Source: Felis catus (taxonomy: Eukaryota). Taken from it: a stretch of DNA of 64,000 nucleotides. Where the stretch lies: positions 12,464,001-12,528,000 of the forward strand of contig NC_058369.1 of the NCBI RefSeq assembly GCF_018350175.1, in the 5' to 3' direction. This document shows positions 1 to 16,660 of the stretch, in pieces. Every line of letters begins with the position of its first letter. The first letter of the stretch is position 1. Position numbers and translations under genes: made by a program. The notes below the pieces were generated by a model. That model worked only from the letters and a program-made list of their open reading frames with translations. It ran no database searches and was not told the DNA's origin.

Positions 1-5389
<5,389 letters not shown>

Positions 5390-5415
5390 CGTTACGGCCG
5401 AAGCGTCCGTCAGAA

Positions 5416-5638
5416 CCGGAAGCGGAAGCCTCGAAGAGGGAGGGGAGAGGAGCACAAACCGACCAATCTCGAGGCCGCGCTGGCGAGGGCTGGTCCAATC
5501 GAAGGCCAAGACATGCAGGGTCCCGCCCTCTGAAGGCCAGGCCCCTTTAGGAAAGAACAAGCGCCCCTTTTCTCTGGGAGGCCCGGAGGGTATTGAGGAG
5601 AGGGCGGGGCGATGGTGTGACGTCACCCGGGGCGGAGT
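5416..5638. promoter_or_regulatory. SMIM7-proximal motif cluster: tandem ETS/GABP sites, two CCAAT boxes, GC boxes and a full CRE
   Basis: CCGGAAGCGGAAG 5416-5428; CCAAT 5463-5467 and 5495-5499 (32 bp apart); TGACGTCA 5618-5625; GGGCGG on both sides of the CRE. Confidence 0.7.
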
Positions 5639-6526
5639 CACCCGCGGCAGTATTAGGTTACGCACTGGAGGCGTGCCGCGCTGGAGTGAGGCCCCCAGCG
5701 CGCAGGAAAACTAGTGCAGTAGCTTTATTTTCTGGGCTGGGGTCTCCGATGCGGCTTCTGGAGAAACCCGGCCTTCTGACCACTGAGATGCACAGGCGAA
5801 TGGGTCCTGATGCAGTGGGCTCTAGGCACCGATTCCCGGGGCGGGGCGGGCGGGGGCTTCCTCCTGGGCCTCAGTGGAAGGCGGGGATCCCCACTAGGCT
5901 GGTGCTACCGGGGAGTTGGGGGGAGGGAGGAGGTCCCAACAGAGCTGTCCCTTCGGAGAACAGGGATCCCCGTGAGGAATGGAGATCGTAACTTACAGAG
6001 CCCCATAGAGGATTAGGGTCATGACAGCTCCACAGACAATTGGGGTCTTGACCCTCTGGGATACGGGAAGATGGGGTTCACAACTGGTCGGGCCCCACAG
6101 AGGGTGCTGGTCCCGATCCAAGGGCTCCAAAGAGGACATGGATCCTAATCGAGTCCCACCGGGACAGGGTCCTAACTGATCCGTCCCGCCTGGGTGGGCT
6201 CCGCGCAGGAAGGACCCCCCCCCCTCGCCAGGGACGGCTACCCTGTCCAACGCACACCACAGGGACCCCTGCACCCCGCCTCGCTGGACTGAATGGGGTC
6301 GCGATGGCCCGAGGGACGGAGTAGGGGACACCCGACTAGGCTTCAAGGAACAGAACGGCCCCACCACCCGCCTCGGGGCCTGGGGCCGTCCCGCCTCTCC
6401 CGCGGGGGCCGGGTTGGGGGCGGCGCCTGGCGGGCGGGGGCGGGTCCAGCGGCGGGGGCGCAGTTGCCGGGCCGCGGGCTGCGGGACTTACTGGGCCGGG
6501 GGCTGGGGTGGGACCCGGCGGGCGCC

Positions 6527-6650
6527 ATGGAGCTGCTCTCGGCGCTAAGCCTAGGCGAGCTGGCGCTCAGCTTCTCGCGGGTGCCGCTCTTCCCGGTCTT
6601 CGACCTCAGCTACTTCATCGTCTCCATTCTCTACCTCAAGTATGAGCCAG
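6527..6650 (+). CDS. TMEM38A: TMEM38A exon 1 coding part
   Basis: Kozak context gcgccATGG; donor GTGAGC at 6651. Confidence 0.97.
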
Positions 6651-9600
6651 GTGAGCCAGGGCCAGGAGCCCGCGGGGGCTGGCATCGCGGGGAGGGGGCG
6701 GGGGGCGGGGGTAAACCTGCGGGTCCGAGGCGGGGGATGCCCTAGATGCTGGGGGGACAGTCCGAGGGACTGGTTCCGGGGAGCAGCAGGTGCCGGGATC
6801 ATGCGGTTCTTCCACATGGGGTGGGCGGAGGGGGGGGATGGGAGACAAGAGGGAGAGCAAGGAGAGAAGCCCCCGGGATTGTGAGGCTGGGGGAGGGGGA
6901 GCAGATACGCACTGAAGGGCAGCAGAGGAACGTGATTGTTCAGAGGAGGGGGAACAGGTGCTTGGGAGGGGGCTGGGAGAGCAGGTCAGGGATCCTGGCA
7001 TGGTCCTAAGAACTTGCGCAAGCGGCGTAGGTCTTGGTGAGGGCGCAGGCGGAGGTCGGCGCTGCGGGCCCGTCCAGATGTCCTGGCCAGCCGGCCGCAG
7101 CCTTGACCTCCCCTCTTGCCCTTGGCGCGGGGAGCCCGAGCGGCTGCTGAGTGTCTATATAAGGGCCGGCCGTGCTGGGGGCAGTAATCCGGTTCTGAGA
7201 AAGTGACACCGGCGCTCCCTCTCCGCTGCGGCCCTCGGGCAATCCCCCCTCCTCCTCCGGCCGGGCGAAGCTGGGTCTCCTCTCCCGGCAGGAATTCTTC
7301 CAGCCCTGGCTCGTATCCTTCCACTGACTGAGCAGAACCGGCCTTAGGGCAGGGTGATTCGGGGTTAGCTACCCCCGCCAGCTCCAGACCCCCGGTGGAG
7401 AATCGCAGGAGAGAAGAAAGACTGCTTCTTGGGTCTTTTGAAAACATTTTTTAAGTGATGGTAAATAGCCTCCTTAGAATGTGTTCTATTTTTATACAAG
7501 GCTCACCCAATGTTTCTTGTTCATCTCCTGGTGTTATAACTATTATAGCACGCCAGCAAAGGAAAGGGAGTTGAGAATTTAGCCTTAGAAAAGGGATCAA
7601 TCATCCCGAAACTTTCTCCCACTTAGATGAAATCACTCCTATATTTTTCTGGCAGAATAGAAATAGCTTTTTTTTTTTTTTCAGATGATAAAAATAGGTG
7701 CTTCTGTATATTTAAAAATCAAGCTGAGAAATGCAAAGGAGAAAGAGATAATTACAGTTAATGTGTTGTCGACCCTTCCGGACCTCTCTTCTATGCATTT
7801 ATAACCCTGTAGAGATGTAGAAACATGATTTTATGCAAATGGGATCATAGTCAGCTTGCCAAGTGTTTTTATTCCATTTTATTTTTGTCCACCCACAAGC
7901 TAAAGCCTATTCTTTAAAAGCTGTTCTGGAGACCAGTTACTTTGCAAAGCAAAATAACCTTTGTATTGTGTTAGCATGAACACAGGGCTGTATTTCCTGT
8001 TCAGGATGAATTTGTGGTGGCTCAGGCCAGGCCCCTGGGCAAGTACAGAACCTAGCACACCTTGGGCTATCTAAAACCGTGGAGGGCAGGAGCCCCGTTA
8101 GCAACGTAAGACACAAGCGTCTGGAAGAAAGAGGTCTTCAGGCTGGCCAGGAGCTTGCAAGAGGGGTCGAGATGTTTCTGCCAGTCACAGAGTGAATCAT
8201 CTGAACTAGACGCACTGGAGCCTGAAGGTTCCTGAAGGTTGGGAAGGCTCAGTGGTTCTGAACCCTAGCCGCTTATCAGAGGCTCCTGGGGCCTCTTAAG
8301 CCCCCATCTCATCTCCGCCCCCAGATAAACCGAATCAGAATATCCCCATTTGTAACTGGGGAAATAGGAAATAGTGACTAAGGTAATTTACATAATGCAA
8401 TGAGCCTGTGGTCCCAGGGCTGGTAGATGACAACCTTGGGATTCAAACCCAGGTCTGCCTGACCCCGGAAATCACTACGATTGCTTCCCCTTAGAAAAGG
8501 GAGGTGACTTGGACTTAGCTGTTAGCCCTTCGGTTTGGTGTTCCTGCCGAGCCTCTATAAAGCTTTCTTCTCAGTATCTGTGTGCTGATTGCAGAACCAG
8601 CTGTAGAATTGTTGGGCCCCCTCATTTAGAACTTAAGAATCTCAAGACAGTGACAGCAGAACACTAAACTGAATGGGAGGCCCCTCTGAGCACAGGGTCC
8701 TGGGCAGTTGCACAGGTAGCACACCTGTGAAGCCGACAGCCAAGCTGGCTTTTAGGGAAAAAAAAAAAAAAAAATCTCTGAATTAGGAGTCAGTTCTACC
8801 TCTACCACTGAGGAAACACCGGGCTGGTTACTGTGCCTTCGAGAGCTTCTTCAGCTCACTCATCTATGAAATAGGCTCATTGGAACGTAAATCTGGACTC
8901 TTCTGCCTGGCTGTTGTGAAACTCTATTGAGACTTTTGTCAGTAGTAGGGTCTAAGGCACTTGTGAGAGGTAGTTACCATCATTTGTAAGGCCGTGGGAG
9001 GATGTGTTTCCTGGGATGCAGGCATTTTCCAGGTCAGGCTTTCATGAGAAGCCTGAATGAGGACAAAGCTCAGAGTGTGGTCCTCAGGTGAACAGCATCT
9101 ATGTCTCCTGGGAGCTGGTTAAGAAATGCAGAATGCCAGGCACCACTCCCCCTCACCCCAGACCTGCTGAATCAAAATATGCATAATATTTAAAAAGTGA
9201 TAGGCTAAAAGAGGCAGGATCTCCTCATTAGACCTGGAGCTTCTCAGTAGGGGCAGGGGGGACCAGCTGGGACCCCCAGCTCTCTACGGGAAGAGGAGAG
9301 GAAGCATGGATGTTGGCTGCATGACCGAACGATTGAATGATGAATGAATGACAGCCCTGGATACTTTAAGCCTTGACCTATCCAAAGAACCTTCCAGACC
9401 AATAGACTTTTTTCTAGAACAGTTTTATTTTTTTAATTTTTTTTTTAACGTTTATTTATTTTTGAGACAGAGAGAGACAGAGCATGAACGGCGGAGGGTC
9501 AGAGAGAGAGGGAGACGCAAAATCTGAAACAGGCTCCAGGCTCTGAGCAGTCAGCACAGAGCCCGACGCAGGGCTCGAACTCATAGACCGTGAGATCATG

Positions 9601-12600
9601 ACCTGAGCCGAAGTCGGACGCTTAACCGACTGAGCCACCCAGGCGCCCCTCTAGAACAGTTTTAGATCCACAGCAAAATGAAGCTGAAAGTACAGTTTCC
9701 ATCTACTCTCTGACCTCCGCCACCATCAACATTCTGCACAGAGGGGTACATTTGTCACAACAAACCAACCTCATTTATCCACATCGTTATTATCATCACT
9801 GTACATCTTATCAAGCACGGTCTATAGTTTACATTAAGGTTACTTTGTGTTGTACATGTTGTGGCTTTTGACACGTGCCTAACGCATATCCACCATTATA
9901 GTATACAGATAGTTTCACTAACCTAAAAATCCGCCAAGCCCCACGTAATCATCCTGCCCCCTCCCCCAAGCCCCTGGCAACCACTGATCATTTTACTGTC
10001 TCCATGGTTTTGCCTTTTGCAGACTGTCATAGAATTCAGATCATACAGTGTATGGCCATTTCAGACTGGCTTCTTTCCCCTATAGCAACATGCATTTAAG
10101 CCTCATCCATGTGTTTTCGGGCCTGAGAGCTCATTCCTGTTTATCGCCGAGTAAGATCCCATGGTGTGTGTGCACCATAGTGTCATTATTCACCTACTGA
10201 AAGATGTCTTTGTTGCAGTTTGAACATTTTCTAAAATGCTGTGGGGCTAAAGAGACAGCTCCTCGACCCCTGTTTTGGGACCTCTGGCACAAACTGTAAG
10301 TTCTTCCAGGGCCACTGTCTCTCACAGGGAAAGAAACCAAGGCAGGTGGCTGAACTCGAAGGCTCAGGGGAAGACTTGCCCTAAAGTCACTGAGAGTCTC
10401 TGTAAATACATCTCTTACGTTTAGACCTCAGACTATATAGCACAGAGCCACGGCAGAGCTGAGAGCGCCCCGTGGAACCTTCTAGTGCTTCCCTGCCATC
10501 CACAGACAGGACACTGACCCCCGGAGAGGGAATGTTGTGCTGCCCACCCCAGGCCAGAATGAGGAACCTGAGGGGAGCTTCCTCCTCCCTCCTCAGGCAG
10601 AGCCGATTTTTATAAATCCATCAGCTAAAATTTCCACCCACAGGTACTTTCCATTTCAGATCCAGTTCCAGGAATAACTCTTGCATAATTGCTAAGCACT
10701 AAGCAATAATTTCTTTTTGTCCTCACTGGCGCCCTTTGAAATGAGTAAGAGCACCGGGGTGACCACCTCGCCCAGGTTCAATTCAGACAAGCATCAGAAG
10801 GGGCGCCTGGGTGGCGCAGTCGGTTAAGCGTCCGACTTCAGCCAGGTCACGATCTCGCGGTCCGGGAGTTCGAGCCCCGCGTCGGGCTCTGGGCTGATGG
10901 CTCAGAGCCTGGAGCCTGTTTCCGATTCTGTGTCTCCCTCTCTCTCTGCCCCTCCCCCGTTCATGCTCTGTCTCTCTCTGTCCCAAAAATAAATAAAAAA
11001 CGTTGAAAAAAAAAAAAAAAAAAAAGACAAGCATCAGAAGTCCCATGTCCCAGGAGGTCCTCGGTCCCGGGCCACCCCGGAGTGGTTGGTCACTCTAGCC
11101 AGCACCACCCGTTGTACACAAATACACCAGCTGAGGCCCGAGGAGAGGAGTGACTAGCCTGGGCTCACCCAGCGAGAGGGGAACGCTTTGGTGGCAAACC
11201 TGGGATTGCAACCCACATTCTCCTGGATCCTGATGCCGCCCCAAAACCCAGCAAGAGAAGCCAGGAAGGAGTCTGGCAAAGGGAAAGAGCCCCCGGGGGA
11301 AGGTTCTCGGCCACCACCTTGCTGTGGATCTTCAGGGCAGGCCCATCCCCCATCAGCCTCAGTCTTCTCATCTGTGGCAATGGGGAGACTCATCCTGAGA
11401 TCACTAAGGTTGATAGCGCTGAGAAGCGTGTGGATAATCGTGCACATCGCATTGAATCATCACAACTTGAGGAGGGGGTGCCCTCATTGTCTTCCTTTGA
11501 AAGCAGAGGAAGCGGAGGCTAGTGGGAGGCAGTCATTTGCCCGAGGCCACCGTGGGCCTGTGACTTTTCTACCAGGACACACCCACGGGAGCCTGCTTTA
11601 CTTCCACAAAAGCCCCTTCCCCCACTCCCTGGCCTCAGTCCCTGGGATGGTCCCAGAGGGCACAAGAATGACCCTGGAAAGAATTCAACCCCTCAGGGTT
11701 ATTTTTAGATGCAGAGGTATCCATTTCTGCAAAACATGGGTGCCTCACCTGACCCGGCTCCTGTGGGACCCACCAGTTGCTCCGAAGGATTAACTCTCAG
11801 CTGGCCACATTTTAAATAGACGCCCCAAAGAAGAGGAAAGAACATTCTGCCTCATACTGTAGGACCTTTGTAAATGCTAAGACTTAGGACTACCCTGAGG
11901 GCGGGGAGAAGATGCACTCTGCGCTTGTAACCCCAGGGTGAGGAGGGAAAATTCGATCCCAGCCCTTGTTAGGAGCTGGGCAAAGAGGGGATTGGGATTC
12001 ACACCTGATAGAAGGAGCCAGACACAGAGCAAAAATGGTCTGTCCAAGGTCACCTGGTTAGTTGGTGGGGGGCGGGGGGGCAAAGAAAAAGGGGAGTGTG
12101 TTTAGGACTTCCTCTCAAACAACTTTTATGAGGCAGGTTTCCTGATTATAAAATGTGGTTTGTGCAAGAGAATAGACGGGGTGCCTGGGTGGCTCAGTCG
12201 GTTAAGCGTCTGACTTCGGCTCAGGTCATGATCTCACGGTCTGTGAGTTCAAGCCCCGCGTCGGGCTCTGTGCTGACAGCTCAGAGCCTGGAGCCTGCTT
12301 CCGATTCTGTGTCTCCCTCTCTCTCTGTCCCTCCCCCCACTTGTACTCTCTCTCTTTTTCATAAGTAAACATTAAAAAACAATTTTTTAATAAAAAAAGA
12401 GAATGGATAAATACCTTGTGATCTGTTCCTATCATGGAATACCTCACAGCAGAGAAAGATGAATATTACCCTTGAAAATATTGCACTCAGTGAAAGCCAG
12501 AGGTAAAAGGCTATGTGATATGATTCCATCTATATGGAATATTTAAGTTCAGAACACTTTCCTCACCCCAAAAGGAAACCCCATACCCATGAAGAGTCAC

Positions 12601-15600
12601 TCCCCGTTTCCCCCTTCCCCCCAACCCCCAGCCCTTGGCAACCAGTAACCTGCTGTCTGTTTCTATGGATTTGCCTTTTCTGGACATTTCCTATAGATGA
12701 CATCATACACCATGTGACCTTTTGTGTCTGGCTTCTCTCACTTAGCACGTCTTCAAGATTTGTTCACGTTGTAGGACTTCACTTCTCTTTAAGGCTGAAT
12801 CATATTTCATTGTGTGGCTTGATCACATTCTGTTTATCCGTTCATCTATTGGAGGACACTTGGGTTGTTTCTACCCTTTGGCAGTTGTGAACAGTGCTGC
12901 TGTGAACATGATTTTTTAAGAGTCTTCCGGAAATTTTTGTTGGGTTCTTGCAGATAGGATGTAGCCTGGCGCCCCACTGCCCACCCAAGACCTCCCGTTC
13001 CTGGAGGAACAGGATCCCCCTGCCCACCCAAGACTTCCTTGGTTCCTGGCCCTCTAGTCATGGCCATCAGAGAGGGGACAGGTAGTGAGGGGGCTCAGTA
13101 CAGAGTGTGGAGCCCAGTGTGATAAGGCAGATGAGTACCCCATAGCCCTCCTGCTTATCAGCTTTCCAGGAGACTCTTGTTTTCACCCCTTTTGGTGATT
13201 AAATATTTCATACACATAGAATAAATATCACAGATACCGCTCTTCCCTCTACACAGATTTAACAGATGTGAACATAGATTTGCTTCAGATATTTGTTATT
13301 TTTATTATTATTTTTTAAATACTTTTTTTTTCTATGCTCATTTATTTTTGAGATAGAGAGCGCTGTGGGGGAGGGGCAGAGAGCTGGGGGACAGAGTATC
13401 CGAAGCCCGCTCCACACTGACAGCCGTGAGCCCAATGCGGGGCTCAAACCCATGAATCATGAGATCATGAACTGAGCAGAAGTCGGATGCTCCACCGAAA
13501 GAGCCACCCAGGTGCCCCTCAGATGACTTTTTAAATAAATAAATAGAGACCCAGCCAACCCTGTCCCTTCCCCGTCCCTCCTTCTCTAGATGTGACCGCC
13601 ACCCTAAAATTGGCTCGTATTGTTCCCACGCCTGTATTTACACCTTCTCTGCTGTGTATGTGTCTCTAAACTACATGGAGTATGTTGTTTCAAATATATA
13701 CTTAAGATATACGTAAATGTATCCTCTTGCAACCTAACGTTTTTACTCAGTAATAACCGTACGGGATTTATCCACGTGGATTTATCTAGAGTGGTGGTTC
13801 TCAACCAGAAGGGATTTTGTTCCCAGGGCCATAGATCTAATTCACTTTTACTTATTTATTTTTTACTAACAAATTTTTTTAATCTTTATTTTTGAGAGAG
13901 AGACTGAGCACGAGCAGGGGAGAGGCAGAGAGAGAGGGAGACACAGAATCGGAAGCAGGCTCCGGGCTCTGAGCTGTCAGCACAGAGCCCGATGCGGGGC
14001 CTGAACTCAGGGACCCTTGAGATGGTGACCTGAGTCGAAGTCAGACGCTTAACCGACTGAGCCCCCCCCCCCCCCAGGCGCCCCGATCTAGTTCACTTTT
14101 AAATAGCGGCTCTGTGGTAACCCATTTTGTGTGAGTCTCCACCCCTCACTAAGAGATAAGTACTTTTGTCCTATAACAGTGTGGCGGTGGAATCCTCCCC
14201 CTGACCCCCACCCCGGTCTCCTTTGCTAGTTTCTTTTGAGTCAGCCGTGAGGAGCAGAATTGCTGAGACGTGGGCAATGCACAGCCTCAGATTTCCTCAG
14301 TGTTGCCAAACTGCCTCCAAGATGGTGTTGCCTATGGATTCTCCCAACTGTGTGTATGGAGGGAAACTGGGGCTTTTTTTCCCTCTGGAGCAGGGGCACA
14401 TACTCCTAGCCCCCCCCCCTTCTCTATAAAGTTGACCAAGCTAAGCTAAGAAGGCAGCTCCTTCTACAGAAGGGATTGGACTTCATGTTTCTTGGAATGA
14501 AAACCCTACACTGACCCTATTCCAAATGAGGTCGCATTGTGAGGTTCCGGCGGACATGAATTCTGGGCAGGGGGACACTGGTCCCCCATATAACTCGCTG
14601 CAAGTGGGGATATTGATCCCTCTGTTATGCGTGATTAAAAGCTCTCCAGGATAGAGTCAAGGCTGACAGTTGCCTGGGACAAAATAGTAACTCCACAAAG
14701 AGATAGAGCAGGGGAGGTTTTCATACGGTGCATCCCAAAGTGCGCAAACACAACCTCAATGCCTGCGAGCTGTTCTGCCCACATTTGCAAGAATGTAAGC
14801 TCTGTGAGGGCAGGAGTTCATTCTCTCACAACTATTTATTGGGCAGCTACTATGTGTCAGGCACAGTGCCACGCACGGTGGCGGGGGTGGGGGGCAGCAG
14901 CAGGTAACACTGATGAGGTCCCCATACTCAACGAAGGACTAAGACCAAATCAATGTTTTGAGTGTATCGACCGTATGCATAGGTATTGATGTCAATAGCT
15001 TCAGACGTAGTGCATGTCACGAAGAGGCCACGCATTCAGATTTGACAACTTAGAGACAAGAGGCATCCAATTTCTAGAAACAAAGTAACCCTGGGGCGCC
15101 TGGGTGGCGCAGTCGGTTAAGCGTCCGACTTCAGCTAGGTCACGATCTCGCAGTCTGTGAGTTCGAGCCCCGCGTCAGGCTCTGGGCTGATGGCTCAGAG
15201 CCTGGAGCCTGTTTCTGATTCTGTGTCTCCCTCTCTCTCTGCCCCTCCCCTGTTCATGCTCTGTCTCTCTCTGTCCCAAAAATAAATAAACGTTGAAAAA
15301 AAAATTTTTTTAAAGAAACAAAGTAACCTTAAAAAAACAACAACAACAGGGGCGCCTGGGTGGCGCAGTCGGTTAAGCGTCCGACTTCAGCCAGGTCACG
15401 ATCTCGCGGTCCGTGAGTTCGAGCCCCGCGTCAGGCTCTGGGCTGATGGCTCAGAGCCTGGAGACTGTTTCTGATTCTGTGTCTCCCTCTCTCTCTGCCC
15501 CTCCCCTGTTCATGCTCTGTGCCTCTCTGTCCCAAAAATAAATAAACATTGAAAAAAAAAAATTAAAAAAAAAAAAAAAAAAAAAACAACAACAACAACA

Positions 15601-16628
15601 AGCCAAACCTGGGATCATTTATTTTGATTAGTCTTTTGATTAACAGATCACATGTAACCTTGTCATTTCACATCCACATTGAGTGGCGTTGTCACTGGAT
15701 TCAAGTAAATCATTTAAGGGGAGTCTTTGGTACCTGCTCTGGCCATGAGAGCTAAGTGTCTGTGTCTTACGGCTTAATCCTAAAAGCATTCTCTGGAAAA
15801 TGAAACTAGTGGGGGAGGGAAGAAATCAATAGTTGTCACAGCAGGAAACACCAGGTTGCAACTCTGGGGTGTGGCTACAGAAGATTATGAGGATGTTAAC
15901 ATGAAGATAAGGGACACCTGGCTGGCTCAGTCTGTAGAGCATACAACTCTTGATCTCGGGGCTGTGAGTTCGAGCCCCACATTGGGCATAGAGATTACGT
16001 GAAACAAACAAACAAAATAATTTGACATAATGATAGAACCTATTTATAAAGATTCTAAAGACTTTACATAATACAAAGTGTGAGGATTTGATTCAGAGGC
16101 ATTAATCCTATTCCCCTAGATAGTTTTTATAAACTTACCTTTTAAATTTTTTTTTCAACGTTTTTATTTATTTTTGGGACAGAGAGAGACAGAGCATGAA
16201 CAGGGGAGGGGCAGAGAGAGAGGGAGACACAGAATCGGAAACAGGCTCCAGGCTCCGAGCCATCAGCCCAGAGCCTGACACGGGGCTCGAACTCACGGAC
16301 TGTGAGATCGTGACCTGAGCCAAAGTCGGATGCCCAACCGACTGAGCCACCCAGGCGCCCCTATAAACTTACTTTTTAAGAACTAGACCTTTGCCCTCTA
16401 TTTCAATGTGGGAATTAAACACATTTTTTAAAAAGTTAAAAACTCGTAAGAAGTGGCAAAAGCCGTGCGAAGAGTTCCCAAGTCCCCTTCCCCCAGCTTC
16501 CCCCAACGAGATCGTCTTACATACTGGTAGCTCATTACTCCAACCAGGAAATTGACACTGCTACAATTCCATTAACACCAGCTACTGACTTTATTCGGCA
16601 GTATTGACATATGCTTTCTTTTTTCTAA

Positions 16629-16660
<32 letters not shown>

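Noticed and set aside
6293..6526. In-frame upstream ATG giving a 78-aa N-terminal extension of TMEM38A
   Set aside because: Low-complexity GC-rich promoter DNA that stays open by chance; the ATG at 6527 has an ideal Kozak context and matches the known N-terminus.
11188..11793. 201-aa ORF in TMEM38A intron 1
   Set aside because: Non-ATG start, overlaps MIR-like fragments, no recognisable domain or splice support.
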